This document shows, one piece after another, positions 48,636 through 57,198 of a stretch of DNA of 64,000 bases. Location of the stretch: the IMG/VR virus record IMGVR_UViG_3300023174_000042, positions 186,001 to 250,000 of that record; one strand, 5' to 3'. The notes beneath the pieces were generated by a model. That model saw only the letters and a program-made list of their open reading frames with translations, was not told the origin of the DNA and did no database searches. A program made the translations under genes and the position numbers. Every line of letters begins with the position of its first letter. Position 1 is the first letter of the stretch.

Positions 48636-49064
48636 CTAAAAATCTTGATCATCATCATTATACATATGATCTCCCCACTGATAAGGTTTTTCACTTTCAA
48701 CCCACATACGATTTTTACCGTGGGACCCCTTTCTAATTCCTATCTTTATACTTTTAATTCCATTTTTTGAAATACCTTTAACGATTTCAAAAAAAGTTTT
48801 TTTAACATCAGAAAAATCCATAGAAACCTTGTCTCTTTGATACATAATGTCAGCATCAGATTTATTCATATATGCGCCATATAAATCTTTAATAACATTT
48901 TTTAATTGTTGATCATTTGAATTTTCTACTTCATCCATGACATCTTCAATATCATCTTTTGAAGGTTCTCCCAAGAAGGTTCTTCTTAAAAAATTTGTTT
49001 CAGAAATAACACGTTTAACAATACGAGTTAAATCTCTTTCTGTTAGTCTTACAATTCTTTTCAT
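48636..49064 (-). CDS. tagged cargo protein
   Basis: Probable start MKRIVRLTERDLTRIVKRVISE at 49064. Confidence 0.85.
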   Translation of the reverse strand: MKRIVRLTERDLTRIVKRVISETNFLRRTFLGEPSKDDIEDVMDEVENSNDQQLKNVIKDLYGAYMNKSDADIMYQRDKVSMDFSDVKKTFFEIVKGISKNGIKSIKIGIRKGSHGKNRMWVESEKPYQWGDHMYNDDDQDF

Positions 49065-49131
49065 AATATTTTTATTTATAAATATATTATAAAACAAAAA
49101 ACCCCACTTTAAGGGAGGGGGGGTTTTTTTA

Positions 49132-49530
49132 TTATCCTTTATTAGCTGTTTTTTTAAATTTATAAGTTTTGTAATCTCCTAAATCTTTTAAAATTTTGTT
49201 GTGGTCTACAAGGTAATCAGGTGGTGATAAAGGGTATGTTTTATTTATTATGGTTTTTCCATTAACAGATACAATCAACTGTATCTTTTTAGAACTTGAG
49301 CTATAGTAGATATAAGCACCATTACTATCATCACCTTTACTTAAACCATTAAATACACCATCAGGACCAAGGACACTACTAGCATTATTTAGTTTTTCAA
49401 ACCCGTATGGGGTAAGTGCTTGAGCAAGATGATACATAGGACTATGTGTTCCACCTTCCATTTCTTCATTAATAACTCGTCTTACAATTCGAGCCAAGTC
49501 TGATTCTGTTAATCTTACAATTCTTTTCAT
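49132..49530 (-). CDS. tagged cargo protein
   Basis: Probable start MKRIVRLTESDLARIVRRVINEEM at 49530. Confidence 0.85.
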   Translation of the reverse strand: MKRIVRLTESDLARIVRRVINEEMEGGTHSPMYHLAQALTPYGFEKLNNASSVLGPDGVFNGLSKGDDSNGAYIYYSSSSKKIQLIVSVNGKTIINKTYPLSPPDYLVDHNKILKDLGDYKTYKFKKTANKG

Positions 49531-49644
49531 AATATTTTTATTTATAAATATATCAATCAAAAAAAAAAAACGATTTTTTTATAAAAATTTTTTTTCAGTA
49601 TTTGACCATATTTGAAATGGGGGGGTTAATTTATTTATAAATAT
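49458..49644. repeat. promoter+tag DNA repeat, copy 1
   Basis: Near-identical to 49975..50161 and similar to 52270..52420. Confidence 0.9.
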
Positions 49645-49705
49645 ATCATAAAATAAAAAACCCCACTGATGAGGTGGGGGATTTAATATGTTGTATGTTT
49701 AATTA

Positions 49706-50047
49706 TTATATTTTTGATGTTATTGTCGAATAAACTTTATCAACCACTCTATGATCTCCACTCACTGTACCATTTACTCCAGGTTTACCGTATCTGAACA
49801 CTCCTCTTAGATTCGATGGATTTTTAATATCAAAATGATAATATTGTACATAACTAGCATTTGGGTCTTTACCTTTTTGTAGCATTTCGTTTCCATCGGG
49901 ATCTGTAGAATATTTAAACCCTTTAGGTTCATAATGGTTTCTTAATTTTTTCCAAACGCAATCAGCGTCGCATCCCATTTCTTCATTAATAACTCGTCTT
50001 ACAATTCGAGCCAAGTCTGATTCTGTTAATCTTATAATTCTTTTCAT
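49706..50047 (-). CDS. tagged cargo protein
   Basis: Probable start MKRIIRLTESDLARIVRRVINEEM at 50047. Confidence 0.85.
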   Translation of the reverse strand: MKRIIRLTESDLARIVRRVINEEMGCDADCVWKKLRNHYEPKGFKYSTDPDGNEMLQKGKDPNASYVQYYHFDIKNPSNLRGVFRYGKPGVNGTVSGDHRVVDKVYSTITSKI

Positions 50048-50161
50048 AATATTTTTATTTATAAATATATCAGTCAAAAAAAAAAAACGATTTTTTTTAT
50101 AAAAATTTTTTTTGTATTTGGTGTTTATTTGAAAAGGTGGGGTTAATTTATTTATAAATAT
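49975..50161. repeat. promoter+tag DNA repeat, copy 2
   Basis: See copy 1. Confidence 0.9.
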
Positions 50162-50610
50162 CTTTCTCTTAGAGTTTCTCTAACAATTCTTTTAATTAAA
50201 GATTCATCAATCACACTTTCACCTTTTCTTTTTTCATCATAACCATAGACAGTTGTATAAACACTGAATGGTAGATCCTCCAAATACTCAAGATAAAAAT
50301 CATCTCTAAGTTCTTGAATATACCAAATGTCGTTATCATAACCACTATCGGCCCAAACAGGATAATAGTCCTCACCATTTTTTGTTATAGAATCAATAAT
50401 AGTATCTATATCACCAACGGCATCTATTCCTTCACCAATAACACTTCTAACGACAATATGAAATTTAAATTCATAGATGATATCACCAAGAACATAGTTA
50501 TATCCATCATAAACATCTTCAGTATCTGTGAGCGTCATTTCAAACTCCTTGTTTTCAAAGAGTTTCTTTAATAAATTTTTTAGTTTTTTATTTCCAATAT
50601 TTATTTTCAT
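50152..50610 (-). CDS. hypothetical protein with C-terminal tag
   Basis: Ends VIDESLIKRIVRETLRERYL. Confidence 0.75.
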   Translation of the reverse strand: MKINIGNKKLKNLLKKLFENKEFEMTLTDTEDVYDGYNYVLGDIIYEFKFHIVVRSVIGEGIDAVGDIDTIIDSITKNGEDYYPVWADSGYDNDIWYIQELRDDFYLEYLEDLPFSVYTTVYGYDEKRKGESVIDESLIKRIVRETLRERYL

Positions 50611-50939
50611 GGATCAACAAAATTAAACACCCAAACTGCGGTCCATTTACCATCTTTCTTTGGGAATAATGACTCAAACATCTCATCAATATCATTTGTT
50701 ATGGGTGAGTTATCTGATTCTCCATCATGAAATGATTGTTCATGATCATTTGTTTTAATATTAAACCTATACAACGGAACCTTATATGATTTCGGATGTC
50801 TAAACATAAATGGTTCAACTTTAACACCATCGATTCCTTCATACCAAGGATATTCAGATAGAATATAATCAATATATTTTTCAAATACTTTGATCTTTCT
50901 AAGAGACTCCGCTTGATCTTCAGTTATAATGATTTTCAT
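50607..50939 (-). CDS. tagged hypothetical protein
   Basis: MKIIITEDQ tag. Confidence 0.75.
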   Translation of the reverse strand: MKIIITEDQAESLRKIKVFEKYIDYILSEYPWYEGIDGVKVEPFMFRHPKSYKVPLYRFNIKTNDHEQSFHDGESDNSPITNDIDEMFESLFPKKDGKWTAVWVFNFVDP

Positions 50940-51331
50940 AAAAATAAATGAAATCCTCCGTTTAGTATTTGTTCAACATTTTGATCATATCTTTTATTGA
51001 ACCAATCAACTACCATTTGTTTATTAGGGATATAATCCATAATTGTGTTATATATATCTTCTCTAATATACAAACTTTTTGGATTTTCAATCGGCATAAT
51101 TCTACTTTGTGGGTCATCTGAATCCCAATAGGAACTTTTAAATGGTTCTACAACTCTAAAGAGCATTTTTTTTAGATGAGGATTATAATACCCAACACTA
51201 GTTTTATGAAAACTCCAAGGGTCTTTAATAACGTGAGATTCCAAATTATCTAAGTCCAAGTCAGAAAACATGGAGTCAAAGAATTTCTCAATAAGTGTTT
51301 CGTTAATAATTCTTTTAATTATATGATCCAT
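50936..51331 (-). CDS. tagged hypothetical protein
   Basis: MDHIIKRIINE tag. Confidence 0.75.
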   Translation of the reverse strand: MDHIIKRIINETLIEKFFDSMFSDLDLDNLESHVIKDPWSFHKTSVGYYNPHLKKMLFRVVEPFKSSYWDSDDPQSRIMPIENPKSLYIREDIYNTIMDYIPNKQMVVDWFNKRYDQNVEQILNGGFHLFL

Positions 51332-51416
51332 AATGATAAATAGTTAGGATTTTCTAAAATTTTTTCTGGAAATTTTTTTTCAGTATTTGACCATAATTGA
51401 AATGGGGGGTCATGTT

Positions 51417-51836
51417 TTAGAAATCCTCTTCTTTAAAATACATATCAATAATATCTGAGAATCTTAAACCCATTATTGCGATTCCAAGTTGTTCGGGTAT
51501 TTCATTTTCAATATATATATTTCCATTCTCATCAATAAACTTCTCATGATCCCCCACATCTAAATAAAGATATTTTTTCCCGTCAAGTTCAAAAAGATAC
51601 ATAGGTCCATATTTGTTTAAATAACGATTAATCAATCCAGGTGAAATATATCCAGCAAATTCCATTGGAATATCATAAGTTGAGGTTATTTGTTGAATGC
51701 CATTTGTAAAATCAATACCCAACTTGTTTTTTAAAAACTTTTTGTTTTTTTCTAACATAGAGTCATTTTCACTAATCACTCGTTTAACGAGGTTAGTTAA
51801 TTGTCCGTATTGATCTTCAGTTATAATGATTTTCAT
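51417..51836 (-). CDS. tagged cargo protein, standalone paralog of a module of 57199..60255
   Basis: MKIIITEDQY...VKRVISE, then LEKNKKFLKNKLGIDF...NRYLNKYGPMYL. Confidence 0.8.
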   Translation of the reverse strand: MKIIITEDQYGQLTNLVKRVISENDSMLEKNKKFLKNKLGIDFTNGIQQITSTYDIPMEFAGYISPGLINRYLNKYGPMYLFELDGKKYLYLDVGDHEKFIDENGNIYIENEIPEQLGIAIMGLRFSDIIDMYFKEEDF

Positions 51837-51909
51837 ATTAGATAAATATAATGGAAAATAAAAAACCCCACTCTTATGAAGATGGGGGTTTAGTAATAAC
51901 AATATGTTT

Positions 51910-52341
51910 TTAATTTAGTCCTTTAATTATTTTTTTTACTGTTGAGATAACATTTTGTGGGTTTGAGTAGTCTAATGTAAGGTCGTCTGTATAATATTTA
52001 CCGTCAAAACTAGGAGATTTACCGGTTAATGTTTCGTATGCATCGGCTGTGTCCTCGTCTTGAGTTCCAAACTTTAATCTTTGGTCATCTGAGGATACGC
52101 TAATACCCCATGGTTTTTTTTTCCCTGCATCACTATGGTTTCCCCAATTTAATGATGTGATTTTTTTTCCTTCATACGTAAAAGGAATTATTTTTGGGCT
52201 ATTTCCTGATACATCGGTAAATGATTTTAAACCCGAATAAATAATTGGCCAATTATCAGTAGCACCTTTCATTTCTTCTTTAATAACTCTTTTAACAATT
52301 CTTGCTAAATCCGATTCTGTTAATCTTATAATTCTTTTCAT
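51910..52341 (-). CDS. tagged cargo protein
   Basis: MKRIIRLTESDLARIVKRVIKEEM. Confidence 0.85.
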   Translation of the reverse strand: MKRIIRLTESDLARIVKRVIKEEMKGATDNWPIIYSGLKSFTDVSGNSPKIIPFTYEGKKITSLNWGNHSDAGKKKPWGISVSSDDQRLKFGTQDEDTADAYETLTGKSPSFDGKYYTDDLTLDYSNPQNVISTVKKIIKGLN

Positions 52342-52399
52342 AACTTTATTTTTTTTTATTATTTATTTATAAATATATCAATCAAAAAAAAAAAAAAAG

Positions 52400-54025
52400 A
52401 TTTTTTTATAAAAATTTTTCCATAAATTTTTTTGTGAATACTTTATAGAGGGGATTGAACCCCCCTTTGCCCCTGACAGAAAGTCACTTATGGGGGGGAT
52501 ACGGTAGGGGGGAGGGGGGTATATAATAAGGTAGGGGCCTATGCCAAACAAGAAGGGAGGGGATATGTAGGAAGGGGTTTTTATTAAAAGTTATAAACAA
52601 TAAAGCATAAAAAAATTCCCCATCTATTAGAAAGAGATTAGATTTAAAGATCCCCTCGTTTGAGAATCATATGTAATGTTGTTTTAAAAACCTCATCTTA
52701 TTTTTTACGTATCACTTGGATGACTAAATAACTAATTCCCAACTCCACTGGCGTGTCGGTCTTCGACACCGTGGGGAAAATAAGATTTCTATTAATAAAT
52801 ATATTATTGTTTTAAAAAAGATCAATGGTTTATTTGTTTATGTCAATTTTTTTATCTACCTTTATAATGACACTAAAAATAAAGGTTAAGTCGGGCTTGA
52901 GAGAACAACAAGATGGAGCTTCCATCAGAGGCAGCCTCTCTTATAATGTTTATTGTTAATCCCCAATGTTTTTTACTGATTGTAGTTTTGAACTTGAGAT
53001 AGTGAGTGATCACGTATTAGTTTATTAACTTCTTGAAGATTCTCACTTGACAGTGGGGAATTTAAGTGAATGAATTCTATAACATCCCCCATGTCTGTAT
53101 TAGTAAGTAACAATGCTTTTTGTTTAAATCTTTTAACAGTCCCAAACAATTTTGGAGAATTATTTACATCAATTAGTTTATATTCACAATAACCTGTCAG
53201 TGTGTCATGTTTATAATTGACAAATATGGAACCATTATTTTCACTAACCTCTGTATCGAACTTTTCTATCAGGTGTATCATTAAAGTTGGTTTTTAATAT
53301 TATTTTTTTATTAAATACTTGAATATGTCAAAATGTCAGTCGGAGGGTTGAACACGACACAATCCCCTTCCCCACTTTTTTACCACAAACTCCCACAATA
53401 ATCTACCACTATTTCCCACCATAATTGGTCCTGTTGCTATACTGAGAACAAAAAAATCCCTTTTCTTGCTATCTACAGGACCACTTTTTTTACTACTCAT
53501 GTTTTCCAGCTAAAAAAGTATAGTTATAGAACAAAGTGCGTGTATAGTCCTTTAGGACGTTAGAATACAACTTCAACGACCACTTTAGTGATTTATTAAA
53601 CCCCAACTTAGTGTCTTACTTAGATCCAACTTAACCTTCGACCCACAAATTATAGACACTTAATTAGACTTGTAAACCACTTAATTATTCATATTCATCT
53701 TATGTCTATTGACATATAAATAATATAAAACATAAGTTACTAATTGATCTACTAAAACAAAGTGGTAGTAAGTGGGAACCACAATATATAAAACTTTATA
53801 AATAGATCACAAATTAGTCTTCTTTATTTCTGTCACTCTTTAATGGGGGTCTTTAATTTTGGTGGGGGGATTACATTACTGTTTAATATATGTGGTAATT
53901 AGTGGGACATATCTTTTATAGAAATGTAAGAGTATAAGATAAATTTATGAGGTGAATTCTGAAACGGAGTGTAACGTAGTGAAAGACTATGAACCGAATG
54001 AATTGATCATATACTCTTACAATTA
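52400..54025. other. gene-poor region with G-tracts, phased GTGG repeats and hairpins (candidate origin or packaging/terminus region)
   Basis: Only one ~100-aa ORF in 1.6 kb; G-runs at 52492-52578; CCAC repeats at 53372-53419; inverted repeat at 53925-54021. Confidence 0.4.
52973..53281 (-). CDS. hypothetical protein
   Basis: 102 aa ORF, no recognisable motif. Confidence 0.5.
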   Translation of the reverse strand: MIHLIEKFDTEVSENNGSIFVNYKHDTLTGYCEYKLIDVNNSPKLFGTVKRFKQKALLLTNTDMGDVIEFIHLNSPLSSENLQEVNKLIRDHSLSQVQNYNQ

Positions 54026-54029
54026 CTTG

Positions 54030-54905
54030 TCATACAAAATATAACCTTAAATATTCTGATCTTATTGTATCTATGATTGGGTAACCGCCAATTGAAGAAA
54101 TTATAAGTTCTAATTCATTGTTTAAATCATTAAGTTCTCCTTTTTTTACGATTTCTCCTAGTAAAACTGGATTTTCGTCTTCCCATCCGCTGTTTGAAGG
54201 AAAAGGTTTATATTCATGATACTCTCTCCACCGTTTTTCTCCCCACTTTTCATCTACTTTTAATTTGCCGTGAATTGTTATTTTATGAAAGAATTCATCA
54301 TAACTAATATGATTTATTTCTATTTTTTTAAACCACTTAAATTTTTTTGGTATTATTTTATTTATTACCGTTTCTACATTAAAATCTTCTTCTGAATTTT
54401 TGGCTTCTTTTAATGTTTTATTTTTTTTTTTAACACAATTAGGGTATCTTTTACCAAACATAGTTTTCATTCCTTTTTGAGTATATCCTTTCCAACATTT
54501 TTCTGTAAGTTCGCCTTCTTTCATTTCTTGTTGGTTATCAGACATACTTCCCACTATTTGATTATATCTTTCTTTTATTCTACTACCATAATGTCTAAGA
54601 AGTGGTTTTCTAATTTTATCATAATAGAAATCGTCGTCCTCAAAATATATACGGTTATCATTGGTGAAATAATCTTGTTCTAAATATGTTACCATCTCGT
54701 CAATAACAAATTTCGCAAATAACCATAGAGTGGTTCCTTTTTCTTTATATATAACAGAATTTGGGTTTTCCATTGATTCACTCATTCTATCTAATGCGGA
54801 TTCAAATGCCTCTTCTATAATTTCAGTTGATATTCTTCTTATAATAACAGGAGGTATATGTGTTTCTTCTCTTAATACTTTTCTGATATGTTCTTGTAGG
54901 TTCAT
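54030..54905 (-). CDS. tagged multi-module protein
   Basis: MNLQEHIRKVLRE tag; internal CWKGYTQKGMKTMFGKRYPNCVK mini-module bounded by LTE and LKE. Confidence 0.8.
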   Translation of the reverse strand: MNLQEHIRKVLREETHIPPVIIRRISTEIIEEAFESALDRMSESMENPNSVIYKEKGTTLWLFAKFVIDEMVTYLEQDYFTNDNRIYFEDDDFYYDKIRKPLLRHYGSRIKERYNQIVGSMSDNQQEMKEGELTEKCWKGYTQKGMKTMFGKRYPNCVKKKNKTLKEAKNSEEDFNVETVINKIIPKKFKWFKKIEINHISYDEFFHKITIHGKLKVDEKWGEKRWREYHEYKPFPSNSGWEDENPVLLGEIVKKGELNDLNNELELIISSIGGYPIIDTIRSEYLRLYFV

Positions 54906-54906
54906 A

Positions 54907-55344
54907 TTAACAATCTCCTATACCATAAAAAATGCAGTCAATAAGTTCTGCATCATTTTTATCCCATATATAAACCATAGAATCATTATCATTCATTCTA
55001 TCCCTACATAATCTATGGTGTCCATCTACTACAATTAGTTTTCCCTTGTGTTTGTATAAATGAATATCTTTTTTATCATATGTTTCATCGGACATATCAT
55101 TTACGTAGTCCATATTAATATCTTTTTGAAGACTATAAACTTTTTTTGTTGGTGACAATCTTTGTTTTTTTGGGTTAAGTGTGTGTATTAATTCATCACT
55201 ATCATTTACCACCATATCAAAAATGTTTGTGGATTCTAAATCTTTTTTTAATTCAGGTTCGTATATAATTCCACAGTCTTTATGACTTTCGGTTATCATC
55301 CACATCATTGATTTCATTCTTGATATTTGTTCTTGTAGATTCAT
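54907..55344 (-). CDS. tagged ParB/Srx-like domain protein
   Basis: MNLQEQISRMKSMMWMITE tag; SLQ...LIVVDGHHRL. Confidence 0.75.
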   Translation of the reverse strand: MNLQEQISRMKSMMWMITESHKDCGIIYEPELKKDLESTNIFDMVVNDSDELIHTLNPKKQRLSPTKKVYSLQKDINMDYVNDMSDETYDKKDIHLYKHKGKLIVVDGHHRLCRDRMNDNDSMVYIWDKNDAELIDCIFYGIGDC

Positions 55345-55345
55345 A

Positions 55346-55942
55346 TTATAAATCACTTTTAACCATATTATAGAAATACTCACTAACCTTTTCAGGTGAG
55401 TTTATATTCATTCTTCTCATTTGATTTTTATGTTGTTGAACCATCATAGATACTTGTTGTATTGGAAGGTTCTTATACATTTGTGGTGATCTAAAATTTT
55501 TACTTATCAGATCTTTTTTTTGTAGTTGTCTTATTTTTCTTCCTGCGAACTCATCGGCAACTTCTTCTGTATGTTTCATAAAGTCGGCAGCTTCCTCATT
55601 GGATAGTTCCCCAATATAACAATCATACATTATATTTTCACCATACTTTTTAAATTGATATTGGTGAGAAATCTCGTGGAAGATAACAAATAACGCATCT
55701 TCCAATCTACGACTAAGAATTTGTTTGTTGATCAAAACAACATCGTGTAATGCCAAACCTAAAACAGGTATTTTGAAATTGGAAAACTCAATTTTTTTAC
55801 AATCTGAATTCTCAATAAATTTAACAACCTCATCTTTTAACTCATCTGAAATATTAAAAGCATCGGACAACTCATTTATAAAACTTGATATTCCTTCAGT
55901 TTCTTCCTTTAATATTCTTCTTATTTGTTCTTGTAGGTTCAT
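55346..55942 (-). CDS. tagged zinc metallopeptidase-like protein
   Basis: MNLQEQIRRILKE tag; VIFHEISHQYQ...EEVADEFA. Confidence 0.75.
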   Translation of the reverse strand: MNLQEQIRRILKEETEGISSFINELSDAFNISDELKDEVVKFIENSDCKKIEFSNFKIPVLGLALHDVVLINKQILSRRLEDALFVIFHEISHQYQFKKYGENIMYDCYIGELSNEEAADFMKHTEEVADEFAGRKIRQLQKKDLISKNFRSPQMYKNLPIQQVSMMVQQHKNQMRRMNINSPEKVSEYFYNMVKSDL

Positions 55943-55955
55943 ATCAAATAAATAT

Positions 55956-56213
55956 CTAAAAAACTTTAAATTGACAGGTGATATAAAAATCAAATGGAAA
56001 CATATTTGACATATCTTCTTCTAATTGTTTTAGTATATTCAACTCTCTTCCTTTTGTTCCAAAAAACTTATGAGCTTTTTGTGCTGTATTGCAGTGCAAA
56101 GTAATAAAAACAATTTTTTGATTGTCGTTATATCTAAATTTTAAATCATCATAATCATGTGGAACAATTAACTTAAAATAATCTAATATGACTTTATCTA
56201 ATTTATTTTCCAT
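55956..56213 (-). CDS. hypothetical protein
   Basis: 85 aa; FFGTKG may be a KH-like GxxG loop (weak). Confidence 0.55.
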   Translation of the reverse strand: MENKLDKVILDYFKLIVPHDYDDLKFRYNDNQKIVFITLHCNTAQKAHKFFGTKGRELNILKQLEEDMSNMFPFDFYITCQFKVF

Positions 56214-56500
56214 GATCCATATTTGTATTCTTTAATTATTGGTTTTATATCAATCTTTGGATAATTTATATATTCAACCAATAATTTAACTTTAAAATTA
56301 GGTAAGTATTTTTTTATTTGAACTCTGACATATCTAATGTCATCTTCGCTATTGTATTTTGCGTTATCGTATTTTATATTACTAAATTTAAGATCGTTAG
56401 TTAACACAATTTTATATGATCCATCTTCTTGTAAAGAAATTTGCATAGGTATATCAACGTCATCAAACAAGGATTCTATATATTTGGTTAAGTCTTTCAT
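56198..56500 (-). CDS. hypothetical protein
   Basis: 100 aa ORF. Confidence 0.6.
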   Translation of the reverse strand: MKDLTKYIESLFDDVDIPMQISLQEDGSYKIVLTNDLKFSNIKYDNAKYNSEDDIRYVRVQIKKYLPNFKVKLLVEYINYPKIDIKPIIKEYKYGSWKIN

Positions 56501-56606
56501 TATTGCTAAAATAAAAAAAATCCCCCAATTTTACAAGTGGAGGAATATAGTTATTTATCTTTTATTTTTTTGAAACAAAAAAAATATTTCTTTACTGAAA
56601 TTTATT

Positions 56607-57170
56607 TTAACTATCACGATCAAAATGATTTTTTATTTTTTGATAAGTTTTAGGAGAAAGAACCCATGAAATATTTTCCACCACATCTTCGGGTAACTCT
56701 TCTTCCATTTTATTATTTATTTCAGTATTTAAATAAGCCTTTATTCCATCAATAGAAAACCATTTAATATCGTCTTCATTAAAGTTTGATGTCATTCCGT
56801 ATAAAACATCTATTTTTTGATTTTTAGGTAAGTTTTCCACATTCGGTAAATCGATATATTCTGATGTTAAATTTTCAATTAATTTATTAACTTCATCACA
56901 TCTAACTTTTTTTACGTTACAATATTTTAGAATTTTTGATACTTCATCTTCATCAAGATCAAATGGATACTTATATTTTTTTGATACATTTGTTCCATAC
57001 TTTTGATCAAATTCTAATGCTGGTTTGCTATTAACATCAATCCAAGTTTCTTCATCCCAACTTGGTAAATCATCTTTTTTTGTTTTAAATAGATTTGAAA
57101 CAAAATCAAAAATTCCTTCATTTAATCCCATTAACTCTCGGGTCCTTTTTAATTCTTCATTTAAATTCAT
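56607..57170 (-). CDS. tagged hypothetical protein
   Basis: Probable start MNLNEELKRTRELMGLNE. Confidence 0.75.
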   Translation of the reverse strand: MNLNEELKRTRELMGLNEGIFDFVSNLFKTKKDDLPSWDEETWIDVNSKPALEFDQKYGTNVSKKYKYPFDLDEDEVSKILKYCNVKKVRCDEVNKLIENLTSEYIDLPNVENLPKNQKIDVLYGMTSNFNEDDIKWFSIDGIKAYLNTEINNKMEEELPEDVVENISWVLSPKTYQKIKNHFDRDS

Positions 57171-57198
57171 AACAATAAATATCTTTAAAATTATTAAA

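Noticed and set aside
48390-52420. Repeats as a CRISPR array or integron attC sites
   Set aside because: Repeats are over 100 bp and partly coding, the spacers are whole genes, there are no GTTRRRY/RYYYAAC ends, and no cas or integrase gene is in the window
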